A DNA stretch of 62,146 nucleotides, filler included. It is 4 parts of 4 records of this genome, joined end to end, with 100 filler letters (N's around TTAATTAATTAA, not from the genome) between each part and the next. Parts side by side here need not be neighbours in the genome. Positions count along the whole stretch, not along the records: positions 26,753 to 56,743 come from SRR31156797_556; 3 more parts are not named here. The stretch is one strand, 5' to 3'. A program made the position numbers and the translations under genes. Positions 28,729-39,659 of the stretch are shown here, piece after piece. The notes under the pieces are model-generated. The model saw only the letters and a list, made by a program, of their open reading frames with translations. It was not told the DNA's origin and made no database searches. Position 1 is the stretch's first letter; the number at the start of each line of letters is the position of its first letter.

Positions 28729-29826
28729 ATGCCATCCGAACAGACTATCCACGGCAAGATAATATACGGACCTGAAGCAGAGGTCATTGAAGGTTACATC
28801 GTCATAGAGGATGGTATCATCAGGGAAGTGCATGAGAAGAGGAATAATTCCAACAACATAATTGCACCCTGTTTTGTTAATGCCCATACACACATCGGAG
28901 ATTCCGTATGTAAAGATCCTGTACTTGGAAATGTGTCCGGGCACTACGTAGAGAGAGACTTAAGCCAGCTGGTTCAGCCACCTCACGGACTGAAACATCG
29001 TATACTCAACAGGACCTCGCATAAGAATATGGTGAAGGCGATGCAAAGGTCATTACAGGACATGCATGACACAGGAACATTTGCCTTTGCAGACTTCAGG
29101 GAAGGAGGAATCAAAGGAGTTCTTGCACTGAAGGAGGCACTTGAAGATTCTGAAGTCAAAGGACGAATATTCGGAAGACCTGTTTCCAGAGATATAAAAG
29201 ACCTTCCTGTGGAACTGGAAGAACTAATTGAACATGCTGATGGCCTTGGCATGAGTGGTGCTAACGACATCGATATGGAATTCATCAGAACTGCAAGGAA
29301 TTGTTCATCTGACAGGGACAGTACATTTGCGATCCATGCCGGAGAGAACAGCCGGCAGGACATTGAAAAGGCACTGTCGCTTAACCCCGACATACTCATT
29401 CATATGACACAGGCAAACCCCTCTGACCTCAGGGAAGTTGCAGACAGGGACATACCGGTAGTCGTTTGCCCGAGATCGAATTTCATAACCGGTGTTGGAA
29501 TGGCTCCTGTCATTGAAATGCTTGACCAGGGAGTCAAGGTCGCTGTTGGAACGGACAATATGATGCTGAATTCTGCTAACATGTTCGCTGAAATGGAGTT
29601 CTTATCCAAAATTTTTGGCATAGAGGACAGACAAGTATTTATGATGTGTACGCTTATGGGTGCAACAATATTGGGACTTGATGCAGCAGGTTCCATTCTC
29701 GAAGGAAATCTGGCAAAGATAATGATCCTCAACGGGAATTCAAATAATCTCACAGGTATAAAGGACCCGATCAGTGGAATTGTAAGGAGAGGGCGGCCTG
29801 ACGATATACTATCAGTAATGATATAA
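28729..29826 (+). CDS. Metal-dependent amidohydrolase family protein
   Basis: FVNAHTHIGD, IHAGE, CPRSN, GTDN. Confidence 0.88.
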   Translation: MPSEQTIHGKIIYGPEAEVIEGYIVIEDGIIREVHEKRNNSNNIIAPCFVNAHTHIGDSVCKDPVLGNVSGHYVERDLSQLVQPPHGLKHRILNRTSHKNMVKAMQRSLQDMHDTGTFAFADFREGGIKGVLALKEALEDSEVKGRIFGRPVSRDIKDLPVELEELIEHADGLGMSGANDIDMEFIRTARNCSSDRDSTFAIHAGENSRQDIEKALSLNPDILIHMTQANPSDLREVADRDIPVVVCPRSNFITGVGMAPVIEMLDQGVKVAVGTDNMMLNSANMFAEMEFLSKIFGIEDRQVFMMCTLMGATILGLDAAGSILEGNLAKIMILNGNSNNLTGIKDPISGIVRRGRPDDILSVMI

Positions 29827-29855
29827 CAGGGAATATTCAAAAGGAGAGGGATTTT

Positions 29856-30320
29856 ATGACAAGTACTCTGTATAAGAACATATTTATTGCAACCGACGGA
29901 TCAAAACAGAACGAAAAAGCAGTTGAACACAGCGTTGAACTGGCAAAGTTAAGCGGGGCAAAATTGTATGCGGGATATGTTGTTGATACTGCAGCTTTTG
30001 CGTCAATCCCAATGGATGCCGGATGGGAAATGATGTATGAGCTTCTTGAAAAAGAGGCAAACGGCGCAACCGACTCTGTTGAAGACAAAGCAAAAGCAGT
30101 AGGAGTAGAAGTTGAAACCGCCATCCTTGAAGGAAACCCAAGTCATGAGATTATTGAATTTGCAGACAATAACAAAATTGACCTGATAGTAATGGGAACT
30201 CTTGGAAAGACAGGTTTTGACAGGTTCCTTCTTGGAAGCGTAGCAGAAAAGGTCACAAGAAACTCCAAAGTACCGGTTCTCGTAGTACGTGGAGACTCCG
30301 ACGAAGAAAACAAGGAGTAA
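29856..30320 (+). CDS. Universal stress protein (UspA family)
   Basis: [24 protein letters not shown]. Confidence 0.93.
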   Translation: MTSTLYKNIFIATDGSKQNEKAVEHSVELAKLSGAKLYAGYVVDTAAFASIPMDAGWEMMYELLEKEANGATDSVEDKAKAVGVEVETAILEGNPSHEIIEFADNNKIDLIVMGTLGKTGFDRFLLGSVAEKVTRNSKVPVLVVRGDSDEENKE

Positions 30321-30326
30321 TAACGC

Positions 30327-31181
30327 ATGCCAAAAAACACAAAAGTTTCTGACATTATGAGAAAGGAAGTAGCATTTGCCACACTTCCAGGATCAAGAGA
30401 TGAAGTTCACACACTCCTGAAAGAAAAGAAAGTATCAGGAGTTCCAGTATTAAAAGATGGAAAAGTAGTGGGAGTTGTCAGCAGGGCAAATCTTCTGAAA
30501 AACCCCGAAGAAGAACAGCTTGCACTTCTAATGACACGCAACCCTCTGACCATCGATCCTGATGTGGATATTACAGTAGCTTCAAAAATGCTTCTGGAAA
30601 ACAATATCAGAAGATTGCCGGTTGTCAAGGACGAAAAGCTCATGGGAATAATCTCTGTAGCAGATATTGTTGCCTCAATTGCAGAAATGGATATTACCGA
30701 CCATGTAGGACAATACCTCAATAAAACAGTAGTTCCTATATGGACAGACACACCACTTAATGTTGCAGCAAGAGTAATGGAGCTTGCAAAAACAAAAGCT
30801 GCTCCGGTCATTGACAGTAGCCTTGAAGTTGTTGGTATAATCACAGACCGTGACGTCATCAGCGCCAGTGTAATCGAGGACTCCGTAGAGATGTCAGACA
30901 TGTCAAATGGTTCAGATGATGACGAGTGGACATGGGAGTCCATGAGAGATACAATGAGTATTTACTACAGTGTTTCAAGAGTAAAAGTACCTGATATTCC
31001 TGTCAAGGACGTAATGGTATCTGACCTTGTAAAGGCGGCGTATATCTCAGGCGTCAGTGAATGTGCATTGAAGATGAAGAGGAACAAGATTGACCAGATA
31101 CCTATCGTCAATGCAAACCAGAGATTCCTCGGGCTTCTGCGTGATCGTAACCTCATGCAGGCCATCACCGATATGGAATAA
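30327..31181 (+). CDS. CBS-domain protein (four CBS repeats)
   Basis: [26 protein letters not shown]. Confidence 0.9.
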   Translation: MPKNTKVSDIMRKEVAFATLPGSRDEVHTLLKEKKVSGVPVLKDGKVVGVVSRANLLKNPEEEQLALLMTRNPLTIDPDVDITVASKMLLENNIRRLPVVKDEKLMGIISVADIVASIAEMDITDHVGQYLNKTVVPIWTDTPLNVAARVMELAKTKAAPVIDSSLEVVGIITDRDVISASVIEDSVEMSDMSNGSDDDEWTWESMRDTMSIYYSVSRVKVPDIPVKDVMVSDLVKAAYISGVSECALKMKRNKIDQIPIVNANQRFLGLLRDRNLMQAITDME

Positions 31182-31258
31182 TACTAATTAATCGGTTTCA
31201 GGGCAGCAGTAAATACATTTTACTCACCCTCTATTCTTTTTTTCTAAAAGTGATTCAG

Positions 31259-31942
31259 ATGGAACGTCCTTTTATATTCATAAATTCAGCAATGTCCGCA
31301 GACGGCAAGATATCCACAAAAGAAAGAAAACAAGTCAGGATTTCAGGACAGGTGGATTTTAACCGCATGGATGAACTAAGAGCAGGAGCTGATGCAATCA
31401 TGGTAGGAATTGGAACCGTCCTTGCAGACGACCCCAGTCTGACTGTCAAATCTCCCACCCTGCGGGAATCAAGAACCAATAAAGGTCTGGACGAAAATCC
31501 TGCAAGGATTATCGTTGACAGTAAAGCAAGAACCCCCATTGATGCGGATATTTTTAAAAAAGGCGACGGAAAAAGAATAGTAATTGTTTCCGAATCAGCT
31601 TCTCTTGACAAGATTTCCATCCTTAAAGAAAAAGCAGAGATAATTGTAGCCGGCAAAGAAAGAGTTGACCTGACCGCTGCAATGTCCGAACTTAAGAAAC
31701 TTGGAATTAATCGGCTAATGGTCGAAGGTGGAGCAACACTAAATTGGGGAATGATTTCCAATGCCCTTGTTGATGAAATGTATACTTTTGTGGGAAACCT
31801 GATAATCGGCGGAAACAATGCGCCAACTTTTGTTGATGGAGAGGGGTTCCCTGAAAAGGAGATTCAGAAACTGGAACTTCTGGATGCTGAAAAAATAGAA
31901 GATGGCATCCTTTTAAAATGGAAAGTACTGAAAGATAACTAA
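31259..31942 (+). CDS. 2,5-diamino-6-ribosylamino-4(3H)-pyrimidinone 5'-phosphate reductase (RibD C-terminal / Rib7 type)
   Basis: AMSADGKI, VGIGTVLADDPSL, LMVEGGATL. Confidence 0.9.
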   Translation: MERPFIFINSAMSADGKISTKERKQVRISGQVDFNRMDELRAGADAIMVGIGTVLADDPSLTVKSPTLRESRTNKGLDENPARIIVDSKARTPIDADIFKKGDGKRIVIVSESASLDKISILKEKAEIIVAGKERVDLTAAMSELKKLGINRLMVEGGATLNWGMISNALVDEMYTFVGNLIIGGNNAPTFVDGEGFPEKEIQKLELLDAEKIEDGILLKWKVLKDN

Positions 31943-32048
31943 GCCATTTTTTCTTACTTTTTGGTAAGGAATGTATCGGAAACCAAATGTTTTTACTACA
32001 TATTCAAAACAATATGGTTTTATACTAGACGAACGATTATAGGATAAT

Positions 32049-32528
32049 ATGAGCATGAACAAAATAATTCTTCCTGTTTTAGCAATCATGATCCTGCTCT
32101 TTTTAGTTGCTGGAAACTCTAACGGCGACAGTGAAGAAGCAGTTGTCAGCTCACTTGCAACAGTCGCCGATATAGAACAGCTAAATGCTGCAGTTGAGGA
32201 AGGACCGGTACTAGTGGAAATCGGAACCAGCAATTGTCCGTCCTGTGCTGCCCAGAAACCTATTCTTATTGATATTGCAAATGATTACCAAGGCAAAGCT
32301 TCAATACTATACATAGACGGAGATAAAACCAGAGTACTAGTCAGCAGGTTTAATGTTTATGCCGTTCCGGACATGTTTGTCATCGTTGAGAACAGCGACA
32401 ATGGGTATGTATACATGGATGCAGAAGGAAAAACCACAACTGACAGAAACGAAGCCAGGTTTGTAGGTCTGACATCTAAAGGGACACTTACAGATGCCCT
32501 TGATGCAGCAATCGAATACAGGCAATAA
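32049..32528 (+). CDS. Exported or membrane-anchored thioredoxin-like protein
   Basis: N-terminal hydrophobic signal; CPSC active site; cis-Pro motif AVPD. Confidence 0.8.
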   Translation: MSMNKIILPVLAIMILLFLVAGNSNGDSEEAVVSSLATVADIEQLNAAVEEGPVLVEIGTSNCPSCAAQKPILIDIANDYQGKASILYIDGDKTRVLVSRFNVYAVPDMFVIVENSDNGYVYMDAEGKTTTDRNEARFVGLTSKGTLTDALDAAIEYRQ

Positions 32529-33200
32529 GTGACTGGTGAACCAAGTATGCTGGAATCCACTGCCATTACACCTATAGCAGCGTTTTTTGCAGGTATTGTG
32601 AGTGTGCTCTCCCCCTGTGTACTACCACTCTTACCCATCGTACTCGCATATTCCACAGGCAACAGCAAGCTCCGTCCCCTTGCAATAATTCTGGGACTGA
32701 CCATATCCTTTACAGCAATGGGCATTGCTGCCTCAGCCTTTGGAGAATACATTCTGCCATACCTTGGCGAACTGAAGATAATCGCCGAGCTAATAATAAT
32801 CCTTATGGGACTTTCAATGCTCATAGAAATGGATATCTTTTCTTTTCTTGCACAGTACACCGGAAAGATACATGCTGAAGGAAAAGGACTCTTTGGAGGA
32901 CTGATGATAGGTGTCTCGCTGGGAATCGTATGGATCCCATGTGTCGGCCCCATACTTGCGTCCATACTTACACTTGTGGCACTTGAAAGTAATGTAGCCT
33001 ACGGAGCCACTCTTTTGATAATATACTCAATGGGTTTTGCCATCCCGATGCTGCTTATTGCCTATTCCGCAAAGCTTTCCGGCGACAGGTTGAGTAAACT
33101 ATCCGAATATGATATTGAACTCAAAAAAGTAGCTGGTGTTATTCTTGTGGTCGTTGGACTTTGGATGGTTTACACTAACCACATTGCTGGATATCTATAA
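32529..33200 (+). CDS. ccdA: CcdA/DsbD-beta family disulfide transporter
   Basis: LSPCVLPLLP and WIPCVGPIL motifs in TM helices. Confidence 0.85.
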   Translation: MTGEPSMLESTAITPIAAFFAGIVSVLSPCVLPLLPIVLAYSTGNSKLRPLAIILGLTISFTAMGIAASAFGEYILPYLGELKIIAELIIILMGLSMLIEMDIFSFLAQYTGKIHAEGKGLFGGLMIGVSLGIVWIPCVGPILASILTLVALESNVAYGATLLIIYSMGFAIPMLLIAYSAKLSGDRLSKLSEYDIELKKVAGVILVVVGLWMVYTNHIAGYL

Positions 33201-33244
33201 GGCAAGACAAAAGAGAAAAACGAAATCAAAAATGGTGAATGTGT

Positions 33245-33964
33245 TTAATCAATTACACATTCATCGTCATTTGCTATTGCAACAAGTTCATTGACACAGG
33301 CAACTGCCATTGGTGTTCCGCCACGTGTTCCCACACATGTGATGGAAGGAACATCTGCGCCCCTGACAACTTCCTTTGATTCTGCAGCGTTGACAAATCC
33401 CACGGGAGTGCCTACTACAATTGCTGGCTTGATGCCGTGCTCGATCATCCTGCACACTGCAAATGCTGCAGATGGTGCATTGCCGATAGCTACAATTGAA
33501 CCTTCAAGAATATCCTTGCATTTCAGGAAACCTGCTGCTGTCCTTGTGATACCGTGCTTTTTAGCAAGCTCTGCATCCTCATCCTTATCGAGCACACAGA
33601 TGATTTCACAGTTATGACCCCTCTTGGTGACACCTGACTTAACCATATTGATGTCAACAAGTATAGGAGCACCTGCTTTGATGGCTGCTACGCCTGCCTT
33701 GATAGGGTCGTTGACAAAACGCATGATGTCTGCTACCGCAGGGTCACCTGTAGAGGTAACGCAGCGCTGTCTTACCTTATCTTCAAGCGTGTCATCACCT
33801 ACTAGTTTACGAGCGATGTTACGGCTGGTCATGTAGATGGCCTTAGCCTCAGCTGTCTGTGAACCAAGATCAGTACAGATATCTACTAGCTCTGGATCGA
33901 TCTCAGTTGTCATTTCCACAAGTTCTTCTATACTTGTGTCTGTCTTTTTGGCTTCAGTAGTCAT
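33245..33964 (-). CDS. cbiC: Cobalt-precorrin-8 methylmutase
   Basis: IGNAPSA, GTPVGFVNAAESKE, GTRGG. Confidence 0.92.
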   Translation of the reverse strand: MTTEAKKTDTSIEELVEMTTEIDPELVDICTDLGSQTAEAKAIYMTSRNIARKLVGDDTLEDKVRQRCVTSTGDPAVADIMRFVNDPIKAGVAAIKAGAPILVDINMVKSGVTKRGHNCEIICVLDKDEDAELAKKHGITRTAAGFLKCKDILEGSIVAIGNAPSAAFAVCRMIEHGIKPAIVVGTPVGFVNAAESKEVVRGADVPSITCVGTRGGTPMAVACVNELVAIANDDECVID

Positions 33965-34745
33965 ACTTCCGATGGTACCCCCTGGGTGTAATTATCCTCT
34001 TGCCGTGTGGCGAATCCCAGACACGGGAATCATTGGTTGTGATAAGAATGGTTGTGCTCATATCAACCCAGTCATTGTGCTCCATGACCTCTCCAAGGGT
34101 TGTAACGATGTAATCCTGATCAGTTTCCCTCAGGGCGTTCTTAACGAGTGCTACAGGAACAGAATCATCCTTGTGCTTCCTTATGATCTCAATGGCTCTT
34201 GAGAAATTGGACTTGCGCTGGCGGCTCTTTGGATTGTACAGTGACATCACGAAATCTGCAGATGATGCTGCATCAAGCCTTTTCTCGATGACTTCCCATG
34301 GTGTAAGAAGGTCACTGAGACTGACGGTACACATATCATTTACAATTGGTGCACCGACAACACTTGCTGATGCTGTAATTGCAGTTACACCAGGCAGAAC
34401 TTCTATCTCAACGTCAAGACCTGCATGCTCTGCAACCTCAAGGACAAGACCTGCCATACCGTAAACGTTGGCATCTCCACCGCTTATCATGGAAACAACA
34501 TTGTCCTGTGCAAGCTCCACTGCCTTGCTTGAGCGATCGACTTCCTTACCCATGGCACTGCGGACGATCTCCTGTTTGTCCAGCAGGCTTGCCATCTGGT
34601 CAAGATAGGTACCGTTTCCGACAATGTAATCTGAGGTCAGTATTACATCCCTTGCCTTTACTGTAAGCTGTTCAACTGAACCCGGACCTATACCAATAAT
34701 GTAAAGCTTCCCTTTACTCTGCGATTGCGATTGTGACCCTTCCAT
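33954..34745 (-). CDS. cbiH: Cobalt-precorrin-3 C17-methyltransferase
   Basis: IGIGPG, ISGGDANVYGMAG, SLSDLLTPW, YNPKS, TPRGY. Confidence 0.92.
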   Translation of the reverse strand: MEGSQSQSQSKGKLYIIGIGPGSVEQLTVKARDVILTSDYIVGNGTYLDQMASLLDKQEIVRSAMGKEVDRSSKAVELAQDNVVSMISGGDANVYGMAGLVLEVAEHAGLDVEIEVLPGVTAITASASVVGAPIVNDMCTVSLSDLLTPWEVIEKRLDAASSADFVMSLYNPKSRQRKSNFSRAIEIIRKHKDDSVPVALVKNALRETDQDYIVTTLGEVMEHNDWVDMSTTILITTNDSRVWDSPHGKRIITPRGYHRKYDY

Positions 34746-35067
34746 ATGCCTTCTTCCTTAGTATCAATTCCTTTTTTTTCGACAACGCCAGTGCGGCAGG
34801 CTCTGCCACACCCTTAAGCCCGAAGCGTTTTGCCTGCGAAGCCGATGGCGCATCATAGTTATTCAATTCGTCGTGATCTATGAACGTAATAGTGAGTCCG
34901 AAGAACTTTGCTGCCTCATGCAGACCTGTCTCGTCCTCTTTCAGTTTTGCCGATGCCAGTCCTTCCACATCATCGATGCTCCTGCCGATCTCAGCAAGTG
35001 CATTGTTTACGGCATCGATGGCTTCCTGACCTTCAATACCTTTTCGTGCCCCCATACCTATGATCAT
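34714..35067 (-). CDS. cbiG: CbiG C-terminal domain protein (split cbiG)
   Basis: IGMGARKG, GVAEPAAL, VTIAIAE. Confidence 0.8.
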   Translation of the reverse strand: MIIGMGARKGIEGQEAIDAVNNALAEIGRSIDDVEGLASAKLKEDETGLHEAAKFFGLTITFIDHDELNNYDAPSASQAKRFGLKGVAEPAALALSKKKELILRKKAYGRVTIAIAE

Positions 35068-35606
35068 TCGTCCTCAGCCTTTTCTTCTCTTTTAAGGACA
35101 GACACATCGTCCCCGACAATGACGATCTTAGGGCCTTTTATATCAAGGACCTCTACATCCTCGTCCAGCAGGGCGCAGTTAACCTGCACCGTAGAAGGCT
35201 TATTGACAATGTCACATCCGAGTGACTTTGCTATACCCTCCACAGAGTTTCTGTTGTGAACCTCCGTAGCCGTGGTGACAACGGGTACAGGACCAATTTC
35301 GGCTATCTTCCTGACAGCCTCATTGCCTCCGTGATGACCCCCAAGTAGCGGGATTGCGAAGTTCATATTGGAATCAACCACTATGACCGCAGGATCTTTC
35401 CACTTATCCTCGATCAGAGGTGCGATCTCACGCACTACGATGCCAGTGGCAAATACTGCCACGATGACATCATATTCCTCAAAGGCCATTTTAAAGACTG
35501 TTTTGTCAAACATCAGGACATCAGCATCCAGATGTCCTGCCAGGCGCTCTGCAACCTTAAGATTTCTCTCAAAGGTTATGACAGCGGTTCTTGTGCTACT
35601 CCGTAT
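35064..35606 (-). CDS. cbiG: CbiG N-terminal domain protein (cobalt-precorrin-5A hydrolase), apparent ATA start at 35606
   Basis: [29 protein letters not shown]. The frame stays open 31 codons upstream of the track's Met (35513), to an ATA 7 nt after GGAGGT. Confidence 0.8.
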   Translation of the reverse strand: MRSSTRTAVITFERNLKVAERLAGHLDADVLMFDKTVFKMAFEEYDVIVAVFATGIVVREIAPLIEDKWKDPAVIVVDSNMNFAIPLLGGHHGGNEAVRKIAEIGPVPVVTTATEVHNRNSVEGIAKSLGCDIVNKPSTVQVNCALLDEDVEVLDIKGPKIVIVGDDVSVLKREEKAEDE

Positions 35607-36319
35607 AAGTAAGACCTCCCGAAGTTACCATATTCCACAGGTTCTACAACTCCTCCAATGAGGATCATTGCGGAGCGCTTGATACCTGCTTCCTTGACCT
35701 TTCCGGCAATGTCAGCAACAGTGCCCTTGATGACCTTCTGGTCTGGCCATGATGCATGGAAGACCACTGCAACAGGAGTGTCGTCAGGGTATTCCACCTT
35801 CTCCATGATCTGCTCGATCTTCTGGGTTCCCAGGAATACGGCCATTGTAGCACCGTGTCTGGAAAGTTCTGTTATTTTGTCTTCCTCAAGTGTCTTACCT
35901 GCAGGACGTGTAATTATAAGGGTCTCTGAGACCTCGTTAAGTGTAAGCTGGGTCTGCAATGCGGCTGCAGTTGCAAACACAGAGGAGACACCAGGTATGA
36001 CCTCAACCTCTACGTCGAACTTCTTCAGTTCCTCGAACTGCTCAACTATGGAACCGTAGAGTGAAGGATCACCACTGTGTAATCTTACTACATTCTTACC
36101 TGCTTCAAGGTTGTCAACTATGAGCTTGGTAGTCTCTGCAAGAGTTAGTCCATAACTGTCTATCTTCTCACCTTTACAGTAATTGACAACTTCCGGGTTC
36201 ACAAGGGAACCTGCATATATTACAAGGTCTGCGCCTTCAAGAAGCTCTTTGCCCATTACAGTGATGTACTTTGCATTTCCAGGGCCGGAGCCTACAAAAT
36301 ATACTTTCTTATCTGTCAT
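35576..36319 (-). CDS. cbiF: Cobalt-precorrin-4 C11-methyltransferase
   Basis: [29 protein letters not shown]. Confidence 0.93.
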   Translation of the reverse strand: MTDKKVYFVGSGPGNAKYITVMGKELLEGADLVIYAGSLVNPEVVNYCKGEKIDSYGLTLAETTKLIVDNLEAGKNVVRLHSGDPSLYGSIVEQFEELKKFDVEVEVIPGVSSVFATAAALQTQLTLNEVSETLIITRPAGKTLEEDKITELSRHGATMAVFLGTQKIEQIMEKVEYPDDTPVAVVFHASWPDQKVIKGTVADIAGKVKEAGIKRSAMILIGGVVEPVEYGNFGRSYLYGVAQEPLS

Positions 36320-36335
36320 TGGATTCACCCTGTGA

Positions 36336-36950
36336 TCATTCTTCTTTTTCTGCGAAGACTATACTGAAATAGTTGCCTTTTTCAGGGATATTTTCCCTCT
36401 CAGTGATTATGACTTCCTTGTCACTGAAAAGACGTTCACAGAAAGTAAATTTATTGAAACCTTCTTTTTCAAAGGATTCTATTATATCAAGTGGCTTACT
36501 GGCCTTGAGCCTTATCTTATACTTGCTGTCAGAGCCATCACTGACCTCGAAAGATGAGTCGACCTCTGCCCCAGTCTGTGCAGCGAAGGATGTTATTGAG
36601 CTGATACCCGGAATGGTAGCGGTCTCCACATCAGGATAGAACTTCTTCATCACACGCTTTAAGTGAGTGAATGTTGAGAAGAAATTAGGATCACCGATAA
36701 GACCGAAAACAATAAGATTGTCCTTTGATTCCTCGGCAAGCATGTCAGCATTCTTCTTCCAGACAGCATTGAGAACCTCATAATCCGTTAACATAGGGAA
36801 TTCAAGGATCTCTGCTTCTGCATAAGGTGCTACCAGGTCTGCTGCCATACGACCGGGAACATACACTTTAGATGCTTTCTTCAGGCTTTCAACAGCTTTC
36901 AATGTAAGAAGTTCCGGATCTCCCGGACCAAGTCCAACTCCAACAAGCAT
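36336..36950 (-). CDS. cbiL: Cobalt-precorrin-2 / factor II C20-methyltransferase
   Basis: [32 protein letters not shown]. Confidence 0.88.
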   Translation of the reverse strand: MLVGVGLGPGDPELLTLKAVESLKKASKVYVPGRMAADLVAPYAEAEILEFPMLTDYEVLNAVWKKNADMLAEESKDNLIVFGLIGDPNFFSTFTHLKRVMKKFYPDVETATIPGISSITSFAAQTGAEVDSSFEVSDGSDSKYKIRLKASKPLDIIESFEKEGFNKFTFCERLFSDKEVIITERENIPEKGNYFSIVFAEKEE

Positions 36951-36989
36951 TTTTTATCACCAATTATTAAATCAAATGTCAGATCAAAT

Positions 36990-37550
36990 TCAAGATTTCT
37001 TTTCCCCGGACCTTCCGATAACAATGTATATCGGATTCTCAGGTTTGAACATAGTCTCACCGGTAATAGGTGCGCCACGTGAAACTATTATATGCAGTAC
37101 CTCATCGAATAAGTCAAGTTCTTTCATCTTATTTATTACATTTACGACAGTTTCGATCCTTACCGCATTCAGTACGATACTCTTTGCCTTCTTCTCGGCA
37201 AGCACTTCAAGCACATGGGAAATGTTCTTTGTGCCACCTATAAAAGCACAGTCGATAGAACCAACTTCCTGTTTTTCAAGGATCTGCGATGACTCATCGA
37301 AAAATACCTCGGCATTGTTAATGTTAAATGTTTCGAAATTTTTCTTCGTAACACTAATTGCCTCTTCCCTTGCATCAATAGCAGTGATATTGATATCACG
37401 CACCATTTTTGAAGCCTCTATTGATACGGCACCCGTGCCACAACCTATGTCGAAGAATCTGCAGCCATCAGCTAAATCAAGTTTAGATAATGATACTGCG
37501 ATAATCTCAGGTTTTGTCGGGCCGCCACTTACATGCAGAAGTTCAGTCAT
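36990..37550 (-). CDS. cbiT: Cobalt-precorrin-6B C15-methyltransferase (decarboxylating)
   Basis: PTKPEI, DIGCGTGAVSIE, FIGG, ENPIYI. Confidence 0.9.
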   Translation of the reverse strand: MTELLHVSGGPTKPEIIAVSLSKLDLADGCRFFDIGCGTGAVSIEASKMVRDINITAIDAREEAISVTKKNFETFNINNAEVFFDESSQILEKQEVGSIDCAFIGGTKNISHVLEVLAEKKAKSIVLNAVRIETVVNVINKMKELDLFDEVLHIIVSRGAPITGETMFKPENPIYIVIGRSGEKKS

Positions 37551-37664
37551 GTTCCACCTAACTAAGATAAACTGGAGTTAAGTAGATATAAGTTGCCCTT
37601 CATAAAACTGTTGCATACTCACGAATTTGTATAATATATCAAAAATAAATAAAGGGCGGTTGCA

Positions 37665-39146
37665 ATGGAAAACAAAAAAAATGCTAAGAAGTTACTTGTA
37701 CTTGGTACTGCATCAGATGTCGGGAAAAGCATAATGGTCACTGGCCTTTGCAGGATACTTTCAAGAAAATACAAGGTTGCACCATTTAAGGCCCAGAACA
37801 TGAGCCTGAACTCGTGGATAACAAAAGATGGAAAAGAAATAGGAATTGCACAGGCAATACAGGCTAAAGCTGCAGGTGTCGACCCAACTGCCGACATGAA
37901 CCCTGTCCTGCTTAAACCAAAAGGAGACCGAACTTCACAGGTTATCGTACTCGGTGAACCATATGCCGACAAGACTGCAGGCAACTATTACGATTCAATA
38001 GAAGAAATGCATGAAGTCCTCAGAGGCGCACTCGAAAGACTGGAATCCGAATATGACCTGATAGTTATGGAAGGAGCAGGCGGTGCTGCTGAAATTAACC
38101 TTTACGACCGTGATATCGTAAATATCGGAACAGCACGTATCACACAGGCACCCATCATACTTGTAGGAGATATCGAATCTGGCGGTGTATTTGCAAGCCT
38201 TTACGGAACAAAAGCACTCCTACCGGAAGATGTAAGCGAGAACCTCAAAGCTTTCGTAATCAACAAGTTCAGGGGCGACCCTGCAATACTTGAGCCCGGA
38301 CTGAAACAACTTGAGGACCTTACAGGTGTACCGGTCCTTGGAGTACTGCCCTATTACAAGATCAAGATACCATCCGAGGATTCAATGGCCATCCGAAAGA
38401 AGAAAGGAAGAGAAGAGGACGAGGATATCAATGATGTTGACATTGCAATCATCCGCCTGCCAAGGATATCCAATTTCACTGACTTCGAACCCCTTGAGAG
38501 AATCGCAAAGGTCAGGTATGTGGACCTTGATGAAGAACTTGGAACCCCCGATTGCGTAATTATCCCAGGAACAAAGAACACTGTAAGCGACCTGCTGGAC
38601 CTTCAGGAAAGTGGAATGGACACCAAAATAAAAGCACTTGAAGGTAAGGCGACCATCTTCGGCATTTGCGGCGGCTACCAGATGCTTGGGAAGGTCATCC
38701 ACGATTCAGGAGTGGAGAACGGAGTTGAGGCAGACTATGAAGGTCTCGGTCTTCTGGATATCGAAACTGCCTTTGGAGAATACAAGAAGAGAACCGTCCA
38801 GGTAAAGAAAGAGATAGTTGCCGACGGACCAATCTTCAAGAACATCAAAGGTGACGAGATATGGGGCTACGAGATACACATGGGAGCCACAAAAACCCCC
38901 AGAACCGTATTTGGCAATGACGGCAGCATCGATGAAAGCGGAACTGTAGTAGGCACATACCTCCACGGACTTTTCGAGAACGAGAACATCCGCCATGCTC
39001 TGATGATATATCTTGCCGAGAAGAAAGGCGTGGATTATCACCCCGAGACCGTTACAACAGAGGATGAGGCATACGATGAACTTGCAGAGATAGTAGAGAG
39101 CTGTCTTGACATGGATAAGATCTACGAGCTCATCGAGAGCCAGTAG
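37665..39146 (+). CDS. cbiP: Cobyric acid synthase
   Basis: GTASDVGKS, PFKAQNMSLNS, MNPVLLKP, SNFTDF, GICGGYQMLG, GYEIH, GTYLHGLF. Confidence 0.96.
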   Translation: MENKKNAKKLLVLGTASDVGKSIMVTGLCRILSRKYKVAPFKAQNMSLNSWITKDGKEIGIAQAIQAKAAGVDPTADMNPVLLKPKGDRTSQVIVLGEPYADKTAGNYYDSIEEMHEVLRGALERLESEYDLIVMEGAGGAAEINLYDRDIVNIGTARITQAPIILVGDIESGGVFASLYGTKALLPEDVSENLKAFVINKFRGDPAILEPGLKQLEDLTGVPVLGVLPYYKIKIPSEDSMAIRKKKGREEDEDINDVDIAIIRLPRISNFTDFEPLERIAKVRYVDLDEELGTPDCVIIPGTKNTVSDLLDLQESGMDTKIKALEGKATIFGICGGYQMLGKVIHDSGVENGVEADYEGLGLLDIETAFGEYKKRTVQVKKEIVADGPIFKNIKGDEIWGYEIHMGATKTPRTVFGNDGSIDESGTVVGTYLHGLFENENIRHALMIYLAEKKGVDYHPETVTTEDEAYDELAEIVESCLDMDKIYELIESQ

Positions 39147-39351
39147 AATCATTCTTTTTTCTTTTTCTGGCCCGTAGATAGTCTGCAGGCCACTGATATT
39201 TTTATTTCCGGCATATGATTGCTTAGCTTTGCGTTCAGTTAAGATACATAGCTTCTTTTTTGTGCATCCGGTAAAATTGCCCACACTACTCATTCTAATA
39301 TAGGCTACCATAACAAGCCAATCAAAATTAATATATACTTGTTTAATCATG

Positions 39352-39365
39352 TTAGGTGTACCTAC
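39352..39365. promoter_or_regulatory. DtxR-family operator candidate upstream of feoA
   Basis: TTAGG-TGTA-CCTAC near-palindrome just downstream of the AT-rich TATA region (39327-39340). Confidence 0.55.
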
Positions 39366-39392
39366 AAAAAAAATCGAACAAAAGGCAATAAC

Positions 39393-39629
39393 ATGAAAGA
39401 AAAGACACTGGATCTTATTGAACCTGAAATATCAGTGAAGGTTCTGAAAGTAACTGGCCAGAAGTCCTCAAGAAAGAGGATCCTGGACATGGGAGTAACT
39501 CCCGGGACAAGAATTGATGTCATCAGAAGGGCTCCTCTTGGTGACCCGGTGGAGTTCAAACTGAAAGGATACAACCTGTCCCTCAGAAAGAGAGAAGCTG
39601 AAACTATTCTTGTAGAGATGCTAGGGTAA
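39393..39629 (+). CDS. feoA: Ferrous iron transport protein A
   Basis: RILDMGVTPG, APLGDPV, LSLRKREA. Confidence 0.93.
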   Translation: MKEKTLDLIEPEISVKVLKVTGQKSSRKRILDMGVTPGTRIDVIRRAPLGDPVEFKLKGYNLSLRKREAETILVEMLG

Positions 39630-39659
39630 GCGCAGGCAAATTGCTACAATGGTGGTAAA

